A stretch of 64,000 bases of DNA from Vitrella brassicaformis CCMP3155 (lineage: Eukaryota; Protista; Chromerida), in assembly GCA_001179505.1 (NCBI GenBank), contig CDMY01000269.1, forward strand, positions 77,815 through 141,814. The letters run 5' to 3'. Numbering within the stretch: position 1 is the first letter of the stretch; every line of letters starts with the position of its first letter. A program made the position numbers and the translations under genes. Shown here piece after piece: positions 10,380 through 21,800 of this stretch. The notes beneath the pieces were generated by a model. It saw nothing but the letters and a program-made list of their open reading frames with translations. It had not been told where the DNA came from and ran no database searches.

Positions 10380-10971
10380 ATGACGTACCCCTCGGTTGAG
10401 CAGCCTTCTCTCGCCCAGCCGCAGCCCGTCAACTGGCCGTCCGCCGACATCGCCGCACCCACCACTGCACCGGCATACGATGTGCCCCAGACGATGCCGG
10501 CTGTCGTCGGCCAGCCACTGGCGACGGCAGACACAGCCGGAAGGCCCGAGGGCGGTGATCAGCCGCAGTATGTGCAGCCGCAGACGGTGCGGCCGCAGTT
10601 GGGTGGCTCTCATGTGATCAACGTGCCGGAGCCGGTAGTGTACAATCCGCCACACGAAGATGATAAGTCAGGACGGCTCACCTGCTTAATGGTGAGATAG
10701 ATCGATGTGGCCAGGAGAGAGAAACGGCCAGCCGTACATTCTTTCCCCTGTGTTGTGTTGTGTTGTCTGTTGATCATTGCAGGTGTCCTGTGTGTTGTCG
10801 ATCTTCTGGCCCATCGGCTGCATCGCCTTCTGCCTCAACATGGACGCCAAGGAGGGGTCGGAACGGCGCAAGTGGGCCCGCTACTGCCTCTACACGGCCA
10901 CCATCGGCATGATCATCGGGGTCATCTGGTTTGCCATGGGTGGAATGCAATCCTCTTATTCCTCTTATTAA
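10380..10971 (+). CDS. Dispanin-like copy D, 2 exons, intact
   Basis: MTYPSVEQPSLAQPQP...GRLTCLM (to 10691) | VSCVLSIFWPIGCIAFCLNMDAKEGSERRKWARYCLYTATIGMIIGVIWFAMGG...* (from 10783). Confidence 0.8.
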
Positions 10972-11877
10972 CCATTGACTGACAAGAGCTGTCAAGAGCA
11001 CAGCTTTAGTCGTTTTCATTCCTTGTGTATCGTGCCCACCTGCCTGCTGCGTTGGCTGTCCTCAGTCAGTGAGTGTCAAAGTGTGTCGTCCCCAGCCAGC
11101 CAGGTAGCTCGAGCGGCGTGTGTGTGTACGTGTGAGTGTCCATGTCTGTCTGTCTGTCAGTCCCCCAACCGGGATCTTCCTGCCGGTTGGATGGAGAGGA
11201 GGGGACGGGGGGAGGGAGGGAGGGAGGCACAGCCATCCAGATGGATGGAGCATATCGGTGCGTGTGCATTCTCATGATTGGCCGAGGGAACTGCTATGTC
11301 TGTGGATGGCCCTTGTACAGCCAGACAGTGGTGGTGACCATCCGTGCTACTGTGACTCCTGACTGACTTCATCCATGTGTGTCCATCAAATGTAACGAAA
11401 ACATCTCTGTCTGTCGTCTTGATTACCTATCGCGCACACGAGACTGCCCGTCCGTCACGTCTCACTGAGATGCATCAGAGTCTGTCGCACACGGCCCTTT
11501 CTGTACAGACAACCCTGCACACGAGTACGGCAACAGACGCTCCACCGGGAGTGTATATCTAATCAACTGGCAGCACCCCATCTCGCCGCACTCTAGCAAA
11601 GCTAGCAGCGTGGCCTTCACCCCCGTCGACAGCTCTTAAAAACATTTATATCGACACACACATCCATCAAGCTGTCTGTCTGTCTGTCTGTCTGTCTCAA
11701 CAAGGGCCAAGGTCCTCTCTGGCTGTCTGACCGTCTCACTCCTGACTAATGGCCAATGCGATCCCATGAGGCGTGTGTGGACACGCTCACCACAGAAACA
11801 AAGACAAACAGAAAAGGTGCGATGTGCGTATGGACACCGATCTGTCGCTGCAGAGTACATGAGTTGCTGGCTGTGTG

Positions 11878-13437
11878 TCATCCGTCCTGACGGCTGATGG
11901 CCCGGCGGATCCGGATCCGGATGAAGGCCATGTCGGCGATGCCCCCGAAGATGGCCTCTCGTGCCGCACCGATCAGTGCCGCCTCCACTCTCCCCTCATG
12001 AGACCCATCGCTGTCTTGGGGCGGCTCCACCAGCAGCGACATGCTCATGCCTGATATGCCATACTGCCCAGACGACACACACAGACACGGACGAAACTCA
12101 TGTGCCGCATCTGTGTGTATCATGTGTCGACTGACCTCTTTGACTTTGTCGATGACGTGTTGCAGTTTGTCGCCGTGCCGCTGCCTCTTGTCGGCCGCCA
12201 TCATGTCCATCTCACGCTCAATGGCCGACACCAGACGAGCTGAGTCCCACGACTGACTTAGGTCCAAGCCTCCGTCCCCCCTCACACCATCCCCAGGTGG
12301 CCACTGGACGAACCCGCGCCGCTTGAGTGACTGCAGGAAGCGCCGCAGCTGCGATATGATGACGAGTGCGATGCCCTTGTGGAGGCCGAGGTCGCGGCCG
12401 ATGTCCTCACACGCCGCCACACTGTCGATGTCGTCCAACATGTCCAACAAACTCACTGCCAAACCGACCTCCAACTCCTGCACACACAGAAGAGACAACA
12501 CACACATTCATACCGACTGTCATGTGTGTTGCTCGTTGCTGACCATGATATTGTCGGCTACGTGTCGCATGTCGGGTGATGCGTCGGCCTTGAGCAGCTC
12601 CACCAGGTGAACCTTCGTCAACTCATCGAACGGAATCACCTCCCCCTCGCGGTTGCCGTCGCCACGTGCACCACCCCGCCCGCCGTCATCCATCATGCGA
12701 TCGGCCGTGGTCGGCTCTCGGGCATCAGGTGCGTGTGGGTCATTCACTGGTGGACGGGGCGGTGGCATCGTCACGTCGGCGTCGAGTGTCTGGTCGCCAG
12801 CAGGCAGCTGCTCGTCATCTGCCGCCTTGAGTCGCTTGGGCCTGGGTGGTGTGGTGTGTTGCTGCCGATTGGTCTTCTGAAGCTGTTTGATGAATCGACT
12901 GGCGGCTTCCTTGATGTCCTCGCCGTCACGCTGCCCCACCATGGCCGGCAGCTCGTGACGCACAAACGAGTCGATGGACGCAAAGCTCAGAGAGGGGACG
13001 GCCGCCAGCATCGCCCCAATGTTGTGACCCACTTGACCAAACAGGCGACAGAGGACCATCCGCTGGGCGTGTGTCATGGGCTGCTGGTCCTCAGTGCCGT
13101 CCATGTCCATCTCCTGCTGGCGGCATGCCCAAGCGGCATCGATGGCCGCCCCCATGGCCTCCCTGGTGGCCGCTGAGAGGGGCACCGACTGCACTGGGGT
13201 GCCAGGCAGGACCACCTCGACGGCCAGCTGTGGCAGGGCAGACCCACTCCTGAAGCGCAGACAAAGGGGGGCGTGTCGGGATGGGCTCGGCCGAGTGCCT
13301 CCAGCTGCTGGTAGAAGTGGCGAATCAGATGCCCCTGCTGCACCGGCGTCACACGAGGGCCGCGACTGGCCGTGCGATTCGTCGGCGGCTCAGGCAGAGC
13401 GTCTTGCTGCAGCCGACTGAGGGTGTCGCTCTTGAGC
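11878..13437 (-). CDS. 3' portion of a multi-AP2 family gene (HFYQQ unit, helical unit, SAM-like domain, terminal exon), cut by a gap
   Basis: Colinear with 16168-17720 and 51363-52830 (GHLIRHFYQQLEALG...FDELTKVHLVELLKA...DIM | ELEVGLAVSLLDMLDD...DLGLHKGIALVIISQLRRF | YGISGMSMSLLVEPP...*). Carries a frameshift at about 13265-13271. Confidence 0.75.
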
Positions 13438-13737
13438 NNNNNNNNNNNNNNNNNNNNNNNNNNNNNNNNNNNNNNNNNNNNNNNNNNNNNNNNNNNNNNN
13501 NNNNNNNNNNNNNNNNNNNNNNNNNNNNNNNNNNNNNNNNNNNNNNNNNNNNNNNNNNNNNNNNNNNNNNNNNNNNNNNNNNNNNNNNNNNNNNNNNNNN
13601 NNNNNNNNNNNNNNNNNNNNNNNNNNNNNNNNNNNNNNNNNNNNNNNNNNNNNNNNNNNNNNNNNNNNNNNNNNNNNNNNNNNNNNNNNNNNNNNNNNNN
13701 NNNNNNNNNNNNNNNNNNNNNNNNNNNNNNNNNNNNN
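13438..13737. other. Assembly gap (others at 18571-18870, 40740-41039, 53110-53409 and about 60020-60320)
   Basis: Runs of about 300 N; the uniform size suggests placeholders. Four of the five lie in or beside the AP2 arrays. Confidence 0.98.
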
Positions 13738-14177
13738 GGGGGGGGGGATGGGGGGAGGGATGGTGTGTTCGTGTGTATGGGCCATGCGCGTTGCGCCGCA
13801 CACGGAAAGGCGTCTGTGGCTGTGACGTATATGTGTGCCAAGTGGGAATAGGTTGCACTGTGTTTGTATTCTGCCGCGGACAGGTAGTCTGGTGCGTGCG
13901 CGTTGGTGTATGGCGTGTGGCATGCCTGCCTCGGTGGTGTGGTTTCTGCAGTGTGCGTGTGTGTCGTGTGGTGTGACTCGATGCTGCCTCTTTTCTGTGC
14001 GATGAGTCCCCAGCTGCTTGCAGTAGTGATCCCGCCTGCACTTTGCTCTCTTGCCTGCGTGAATGGATGCCCGGTAGACTCGAGATCAGACGATCTGGTC
14101 GCTATAAAAAAGAAATGCAAGCTTAGAGTGAGGCTCGCAATGCGGAGGGAGAAAGGTCCACAATTGGTGAGAGCACG

Positions 14178-15217
14178 ATGCCTGTTGTAATCATCAGCAA
14201 CCCTGCAGCGCTTGGTAAGAGGAGATGGAATGTATTGTGTGCTTGTTGCGCCCGTGCATGTGTCTTGTTCGCGTCAGACACGCTCAAGGCGACAAAGAAG
14301 CTCGTCGTCATCGACTTCACCGCGTCATGGTGCGCACGCACCCACGCAGAGAGAGGCTGCAAGTGGCCGGCCAGATCTGCCTCATACATAACATTGGGTG
14401 TGTCATTTCATTCGCCACACACAGGTGCGGCCCCTGCCAGCGGATAGCTCCCGAGTACGAGAAGCTTTCCAACGAGTTCACCAACGACACGGCATTCTGC
14501 AAAGTCGACGTTGATGAGAACAAGGTGACAGACAGAGAGGGGTGGGGCAGTCATATCGCTCACTTTTGCTGCACATGTGTGTGTGTGTGTGTGTGATGTG
14601 TGGGTGCAGGAGACGGCCATGGCGCACAAGGTGGAGGCGATGCCGACCTTTGTCTTCGTCAAGGGCGGTGCTGAGGTGGAACGGCTGAAAGGCGCAGACC
14701 CTGCTACACTGCGGAAGGTGCGTGCCGACCACACTCGCACAGACTGCCAACTGTGTGTGTGTGTGTGTGTGTTTCAGTTGGTCGAGAAGTACGCGCCTCA
14801 GCAGCTGTTCACTGGTGGCGGCCACACTTTATCTGAGCCCTCGCACGCCCCGCCGCCCCCCGCACCCAACACCGCCAAAGACCACGACTACAGCCCACCC
14901 ATCAACACTGACAAGCCCACCACCAAGGTCGGTGTGTGCCCACTCACACACTTGGCAGCCAACGGTGCCCTTTGTGATGACACTGACTGCAGGTGACGCT
15001 GCGGCTGCACACGGGGGAGCAGGTGAAGCTGACCTTCAACAGCTCCATGGCCGTCAAGGAGCTGTACGCTGCGGCCTCCAAGGCGAGCAACATCGGTGTG
15101 GCCGACTTCCGGCTGTTCTCGTCGGCGGCTTTCCCTCCCAAGCCGCTGGACGACCATGCGCAGTCGCTTGAGGAGGCGGGGGTGATGGAGTGCCTCGTCA
15201 CGCAGAAACTCAAATGA
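14178..15217 (+). CDS. Thioredoxin (WCGPC) fused to an SHP-box-like motif and a C-terminal UBX-like domain, 6 exons
   Basis: MPVVIISNPAAL | DTLKATKKLVVIDFTASW | CGPCQRIAPEYEKLSNEF...FCKVDVDENK | ETAMAHKVEAMPTFVFVKGGAEVERLKGAD... | ...LFTGGGHTL...INTDKPTTK | VTLRLHTGEQVKLTFN...FPPKPLDDHAQSLEEAGV...*. Confidence 0.88.
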
Positions 15218-16167
15218 AGGACAGACAGACAGACAGACAGACGGGGAGATAATTCATTCGTCCATGCGAGGGAGGTGAGGCTGCTGTCTGGTGTGTCTGA
15301 GGCTGGAGAGGGGATGCCTGGAGTATGTTATGTGTGTCGGTTGACTGACGATGGGGCCTCCCTCATAACATACGCTCTGACTGAGTCGTGTCGATGGAGC
15401 CGGGGGCGGTGCGGTGCCTTTATGTATGTACTTACTCGTGGTGGCGGCTGGCCTGGCCGGCTGGCATCTTGGGTCGGTGTGTCTGTCGGTGTGGTGCCCC
15501 CCTGAATGCCTTTTTGAAGTAAAGACCATTGATAGATACCAGGTTGGTGATGCTTTGGATTGCATGCGTTCGTCAGTGCCTCTTCGGGCCGATGGCCGTG
15601 AGGCCGGCCACGATCTCATCATAACGGAGGTAGTGGCCCTCTTCACGGTAGCGGGCACCACGAGACACAGACGAATGCCATGCGAGTGCGAGAGAGGCAC
15701 GTATGATTGTATGCGACAGAGGTGTGCTGACTGAAATGCCGAGAGGGACAAGATGGAAGTACTTTGACGTGTCGTATCAATTGCGGAATGTCACCAATAC
15801 AACCCTGCCTGCCGAGAACACACGAGGAACAAGCCAAATCCTGCCTCACTCATCGCTGCGGCAGGCCTGACCGGCTGGCTGCACCAAGGAAGCATCGACG
15901 GATGTGCACAGTCATACACACACATACAACACACAGGAAAAGGGCGCAGCCCTTTTCCTGTCATGCACAAGACAGACATATGGGCACACACGTGAGTTGA
16001 CGCAAACGCGAGCAGACGGCCACGCCACATTGAGCTAATTCGAGGCTAATTAAACGCACCAAAATGCATCACGTGCATGTCTCAGACTGCCTAACGCGAG
16101 GCCACGGATTCTAATTAATTACAGGCGAAAACGCGCCGATGGACACGCTCACACGCACACTGGTGGC

Positions 16168-18570
16168 TCATTGGTCTTGTCGGCTGATGGTGCGGCGGAT
16201 GAGCGATTTGATGACCAAGTCGAATATGCCCCCGAAGACGGCCTTTCGGGCCGCGTCGATGAGTGCCGCCTCCACTCGCCCCTCATCAGACCCATCGCTG
16301 TCTTGGGGCGGCTCCACCAGCAGTGACATGCTCATGCCTGCTATGCTATACTGCACACACAGCACAGACATTGACATGTGCTCTATGTGTTGCGTGTGGA
16401 CTGACCTCTTTGATTTTGTCGATGGCGTGTTGCAGTTTGCCGCCGTGCCGCTCTTTCTTGTCGGCCGCCATGACGCCCATCTCACGCTCGATGGCCGACG
16501 CCAAACGAGCTGAGTCCCACGACTGACTTGGAGCCAAGCCTCCCTCACCCCTCACACCATCATCGCCAGAACCAGGTGGCAACTGGACGGCCGCCCGCCG
16601 CTTGAGTGCCCGCAGGAAGCGCCGCAGCTGCACTATGATGACGAGTGCGATGCCCTTTGGGAGGCCGAGGTCACGGCCGATGTCCTCACCCGCCGCCACA
16701 CTGTCGATGTCATCCAACATGTCCAGCAAACTCACCGCTGTGCCGATATCCAATGCCTGCACACACAGAAGAGAAGACGACACACATACATATAACTCAG
16801 CCTGCCCTCACATGTGTCTGTGTGGTGTGCTGACCATGATGTTGTCGGCTAAGTGTCGCATGTCGGGTGATGGGTGGGCCTTGAGCAGCTCCACCAACTG
16901 AACCTTCGTCAGCTCGTCAAACGGAATCATCTCGCCCTCCCTCTCGCCATCCCCGTCACCACGTCCAGCGTCCCGTCGTCCGTGCGTCGCCCCGTCCACC
17001 ATGCGAAGGGCAGCGGCCGGATCTCGTGCATCGGGCGTCACATCAGGGGTGTGCGGGCCATTGGCTGGCGAGAGGGACTGCGTCTGCGGGACCACATCGG
17101 CCGCGTCTCGACTCATGGGCTGCGGACGTGACAGTGGCTGCGGCACATTGGGCGTCTGTTGGCCACTCGGCAGCTGCTCGTCATCTGCCGCCTTGAGCGG
17201 CTCGAACATTGCTGGTGTGGGGTGCTGGTGACCGCGGTGGTGGTCGAGGTCTCTGACGAATCGCTTGGCCGCCTCCTTGATGTCCTCGCCGTCACGCTGC
17301 CCCACCATGGCCGGAAGCTCATGGCGCACAAACGAGTCGATGGACGCAAAACTCAGAGCTGGGGCGGCCGCCAGCATCGCCCCAATGTTGTGACCCACTT
17401 GACTGTACAGGCGACAGAGGGCCATCCGCTGGGCGTGTGTCATGGGCTGCTGGTCGTCAATGCCGTCAATGTCCATCTCCTGCTGGCGGCATGCCCAAGC
17501 GGCATCGATGGCCGCCCCCATGGCCTCCCTGGTGGCCGCTGAGAGGGGCACCGACTGCACTGGGGTGCCAGGCAGGACCACCTCGACGGCCAGCTGGGTC
17601 AGGGCAGACCCACTCCTGAACCGCAGACAGAGAGGCGTGTCGGGATGGGCTCGGCCGAGTGCCTCCAGCTGCTGGTAGAAGTGGCGAATCAGATGCCCCC
17701 TCTGCACCGGGGACACACGAGTGGCCGTGCGATGCTCCCGCAGCCCACCAGGTGGGCCCTCCCGCAGCCAACTGGGGGCCTCGATGTCCCCCGGCGAGGG
17801 ATTGCACTCGAATCGGTCGTCTCTGCGGGGCCGCGGTCGGTGGGTGTCACGGCAAGCCGAAGGGTGCAGGGGCACACCGCCCCCCACACCACCGTCACGC
17901 AGCTGAGGGGTCTGTCGCTGTTTGGCGGGCAGAGGAGGATCGTCGCCATCGTCGGCACTTCTCCAGTCAGCCGGGTCGCCATGCCTCTTGGCCCCTCCCT
18001 CTGACGTGTGCAATCGCTCCATCTTCTGTCTGTGTGCGATGGCGGCGTCTTTGGCCTCCTCGAAGCCAAGCTGCTTGACGGAGAAGGACTTGTACCTCCT
18101 GCTGTCGCCCACCTGCCAGTCGGCCTGCCATGCGTTGACTTTCTTGTGGTAGCTGACGCCCTTGACGCCGCTCTGATGTTCCAATCGCTCCCGGACTGTG
18201 GCCTGCCCTGTGCGCTCCATCTCACGACGATGCTGCTCGGCCAACGCCTGAAGGCAAGGGAGAGAGAAGGGAAGCGAATGGTCCATAAGCACCTTTGCTT
18301 AAGGCCGTGTAGGTCTCGCGCACCTTTGCTTTGTCGAAGCCGTGCTCTCGGACTGTGAAGAGCTTTTTCTTCTGCGTGGTGTCATCCTTCGCATACCATG
18401 TCGACCTCCACGCCCGGGCCCTCGCATCCCAGGAGACGCCCACGACCGTTGACTGATGCTCGGCACCTTTGCGGATGGCGGCCGTCTTGCCCTTGGTGGC
18501 CTCGGCTGCATTGCCGGCCTTTCGTCTCTGTCGCCTCTCGACGGTAGATGGGCTGCTGCTGGCGGATGGG
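16168..18570 (-). CDS. 3' portion of a multi-AP2 gene: one AP2 pair, HFYQQ unit, SAM-like domain, terminal exon
   Basis: AP2 pair at 18017-18458 (HQSTVVGVSWDARARAWRSTWY...HGFDKAK | ...HQSGVKGVSYHKKVNAWQADW...FSVKQLGFEEAKDAAIAHR); long ORF 16808-18292; 5' side lost in the gap. Confidence 0.85.
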
Positions 18571-18870
18571 NNNNNNNNNNNNNNNNNNNNNNNNNNNNNN
18601 NNNNNNNNNNNNNNNNNNNNNNNNNNNNNNNNNNNNNNNNNNNNNNNNNNNNNNNNNNNNNNNNNNNNNNNNNNNNNNNNNNNNNNNNNNNNNNNNNNNN
18701 NNNNNNNNNNNNNNNNNNNNNNNNNNNNNNNNNNNNNNNNNNNNNNNNNNNNNNNNNNNNNNNNNNNNNNNNNNNNNNNNNNNNNNNNNNNNNNNNNNNN
18801 NNNNNNNNNNNNNNNNNNNNNNNNNNNNNNNNNNNNNNNNNNNNNNNNNNNNNNNNNNNNNNNNNNNNNN

Positions 18871-21800
18871 CGGCATCGATGGCCGCCCCCATGGCCTCCC
18901 TGGTGGCCGCTGAGAGGGGCACCGACTGCACTGGGGTGCCAGGCAGGACCACCTCGACGGCCAGCTGTGGCAGGGCAGACCCACTCCTGAAGCGCAGACA
19001 AAGGGGGGCGTGTCGGGATGGGCTCGGCCGAGTGCCTCCAGCTGCTGGTAGAAGTGGCGAATCAGATGCCCCTGCTGCACCGGCGTCACACGAGGGCCGC
19101 GACTGGCCGTGCGATTCGTCGGCGGCTCAGGCAGAGCGTCTTGCTGCAGCCGACTGAGGGTGTCGCTCTTGAGCATAGGATTGCGGTCGAGTCGGTCGTC
19201 TCTGCGGCGCCGTGGCTTGGTGTCACGGCGAGCCGTAGGGTGCAGAGGCACACCGCCCCCTACACCACCTTGACGCAGCTGAGGCGCCTGTCGCTGTTTG
19301 CCGGGCAGAGGATCGTCGCCATCGTCGGCACTTCTCGAGTCTGCCGGGTCGCCATCCAGCATCGCCGCTCGCTCGGACGTGTGGGACTGCCTCTTCAAGA
19401 TGGCCCGTAGGTGGCTGATGGCGGCCTCCTTAGCACCCCGTAGCCCAGCTGCTTGACGGAGAAGGACTTGCTCTTCCTCCTGCCGCCCACCTGCCAGCGG
19501 GCTTCCCATGCGTTTTTCGTCTTGTCGAACCTCACGCCCCTGACGCCGCTCTGGTGCTTAGATCTCTGCTTTATTGCCGCTTGGCCAGTGCGGTCCATCT
19601 CGAGACGGTGCTGCTCGGCCAACGCCTGACGCACATTTGAGAAAAAATAGAGGATAAGATGGAGGCAGGGTGCTGGAATGCGATGTCGGTACCTTTGCTT
19701 TGTCGAAGCCATGGTCCTTGACATAGAAGGTCTTGAGCTCCTCGTTGCCGCTGCTCTTCTCGTACCACTTCGCTTTCCACGACTGCTCCCTTGCATACCA
19801 CGAGACGCCCGACACGTGCGACTGGTGTTCGGCAGCCTTTCGTGTGACGGCCTCGCCCTCATCCCTGGCTGTCTTGTTGGCCTGTGGCCTCGGCTTCCCC
19901 TCGATGGATGGTTTGCTGCTGCTGGACAGAGCCGTATCTCTGCGGCGGTGCTTTCGAGAGGGGCTGTGGTCGGCCGACTCGTCACGCAGCGAACCCTCTG
20001 GCCGCACCGAACCACTCCCCTCCTGCTGCCGGTCGAGCCATGAGAGGTCGATGACGCTCGCATGGTCGCCGAGTTTGTCACGGTGGATGGTGTTGCGGTA
20101 CGCCACACATTGGCGGAGAGCCTCGATGATGCTGTCACGGGAGTCAGGGGCGTCGATGACGAACTTGCGGAAGCCCAGGTGCTTGCCCTGGCTGTCAAAG
20201 TACGCGGCGAAACGTCTCGGTGAAGTCATACAGACGCCGAATCTGACGAGACGCCAAAGATAGGATGCAAAAATATGTCGCTCCCCCTTGTCGTGTGTGT
20301 TGCTCACCCTCCATTGGCGGGCGGACAGGCGTCGTTGAACCGTCGTACCAGTCGGTTCACCAGGGCCGTGGCGAGAACAGGTCCAGTCAGCCCATCCACG
20401 TCGGCCTCATCGTGCGCCCCCTTGCGGTCGACAGTCTGGCGCTTGGGGGCGGGGCGACGCGGCGGGTCCCCTTGGCCTGGACGATGGGGCGATGATGATG
20501 AGATTTGCGACTCCGTCTCAGACGATAAAGACATGGCGGCCTGCCGGCTTGACTGACTCGCTTGTTGTTTGCGGCTGCGACGGCCAGGAGGAGGGCGGTC
20601 GACCTCGATGTCTCCACGGGGCTCCACCTCCTCTGACACCGCCCCTCCCTTAGGTGTGTGGCGCCCCTCCCGTCTATGTCGGGGCGGTGTCTGATGGCGG
20701 GAAGCCTCCGCTCGATCGCAACGAGCGGCAGAGTTGGGAGAGGGAGCTGGATCGTGGACGGGCTGGCCGTCGCTGCCCAAGAAGGTGTAGTGCTGCTCTT
20801 GCATGGCCTGTCTGTGTGCTATCGCGGCGTTCTTGGCGACTTCATGGCCGAGCTCTTTGACGGAGAAGGACTTGGTCCTTGTTTGGCCGCCCTCCTTCCA
20901 GGTGGCAACCCACGCGTTGTTCTTGTAGTGGACGCCCCTGACGCCGCTCTGGTGCTCCGCTCGCTTCTTGATGGCCGCCCGGCCAGTGCGCTCCATCTCG
21001 CGACGATGCTGCTCGGCCAACGCCTGCTAAAAAAAGGATCACGGACATGAGAGAGTGCGTGTGTCATGCGTTGTTCTTTCTTGCCTTCTGCACCTTTGCT
21101 TTGTCGAAACCGTGCTCGCTGACGTAGAAGTACTTGCGTTCCTCCTTGCCGCCCTCGTACCACGACGACACCCAGGCCTGTTGCTGCTCGAGCCAGCGGA
21201 CGCCCGAGACGTCTGACTGATGCTGGGCGGGCTTGGGGATGACGGTCTTGCCGCCTTGGGTGGCCTTGCGCCTCGGCTGTCCGTCGGACAAGGACATGTC
21301 ACCATGCCGATCCATGTCATCACGACCACCGGCACCGCCCCCATCCTACACCCTGCCGTGGTGCTTCGGACGCTTGGACGCCGTACCATCACTCGTGCCC
21401 TTGCCGGTTTCACGATTCTGCAGCTGTTGCTGTGGGTGCAGGTTGATCCTCTGCACGTCGATCATGATAGCACCACCACCAGGGCAGCTGTCCTGCTGAT
21501 CCAAGTGCCGAGATGACGCCATGCTGCCGCCCCGCATATCGATATCATTCTCCTGTGCAGCGGGGGGCGACGGCTGAGGGCGGGAAGCTTCGGGTCGACC
21601 GTGGCCGGCGGCAGAGTGGTGAAGAGAAGGCGGCTGATGGACGGGCTGGCTGTCGCTGCCCAAGGGGGTGGAGCGCCTTTCCTCCATAGCACGGCGGTGC
21701 GCGATCGCTGCCTGCTTGGCAGGCTCGTAGCCGAGCTCAGCGACGGAGAAGTACTTGGTCTTCGTTTTGCCCCCCACCTGCCATTTGGCCACCCAGCGCT

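Noticed and set aside
15414-15860. Non-repetitive stretch with ORFs on both strands after the Trx-UBX gene
   Set aside because: No recognisable domain and no convincing start or splice chain.
17113-18225. Long antisense and alternative-frame ORFs over the AP2, LRR and Utp14 genes
   Set aside because: Expected shadows of GC-rich coding sequence; their recurrence only mirrors the duplicated sense genes.
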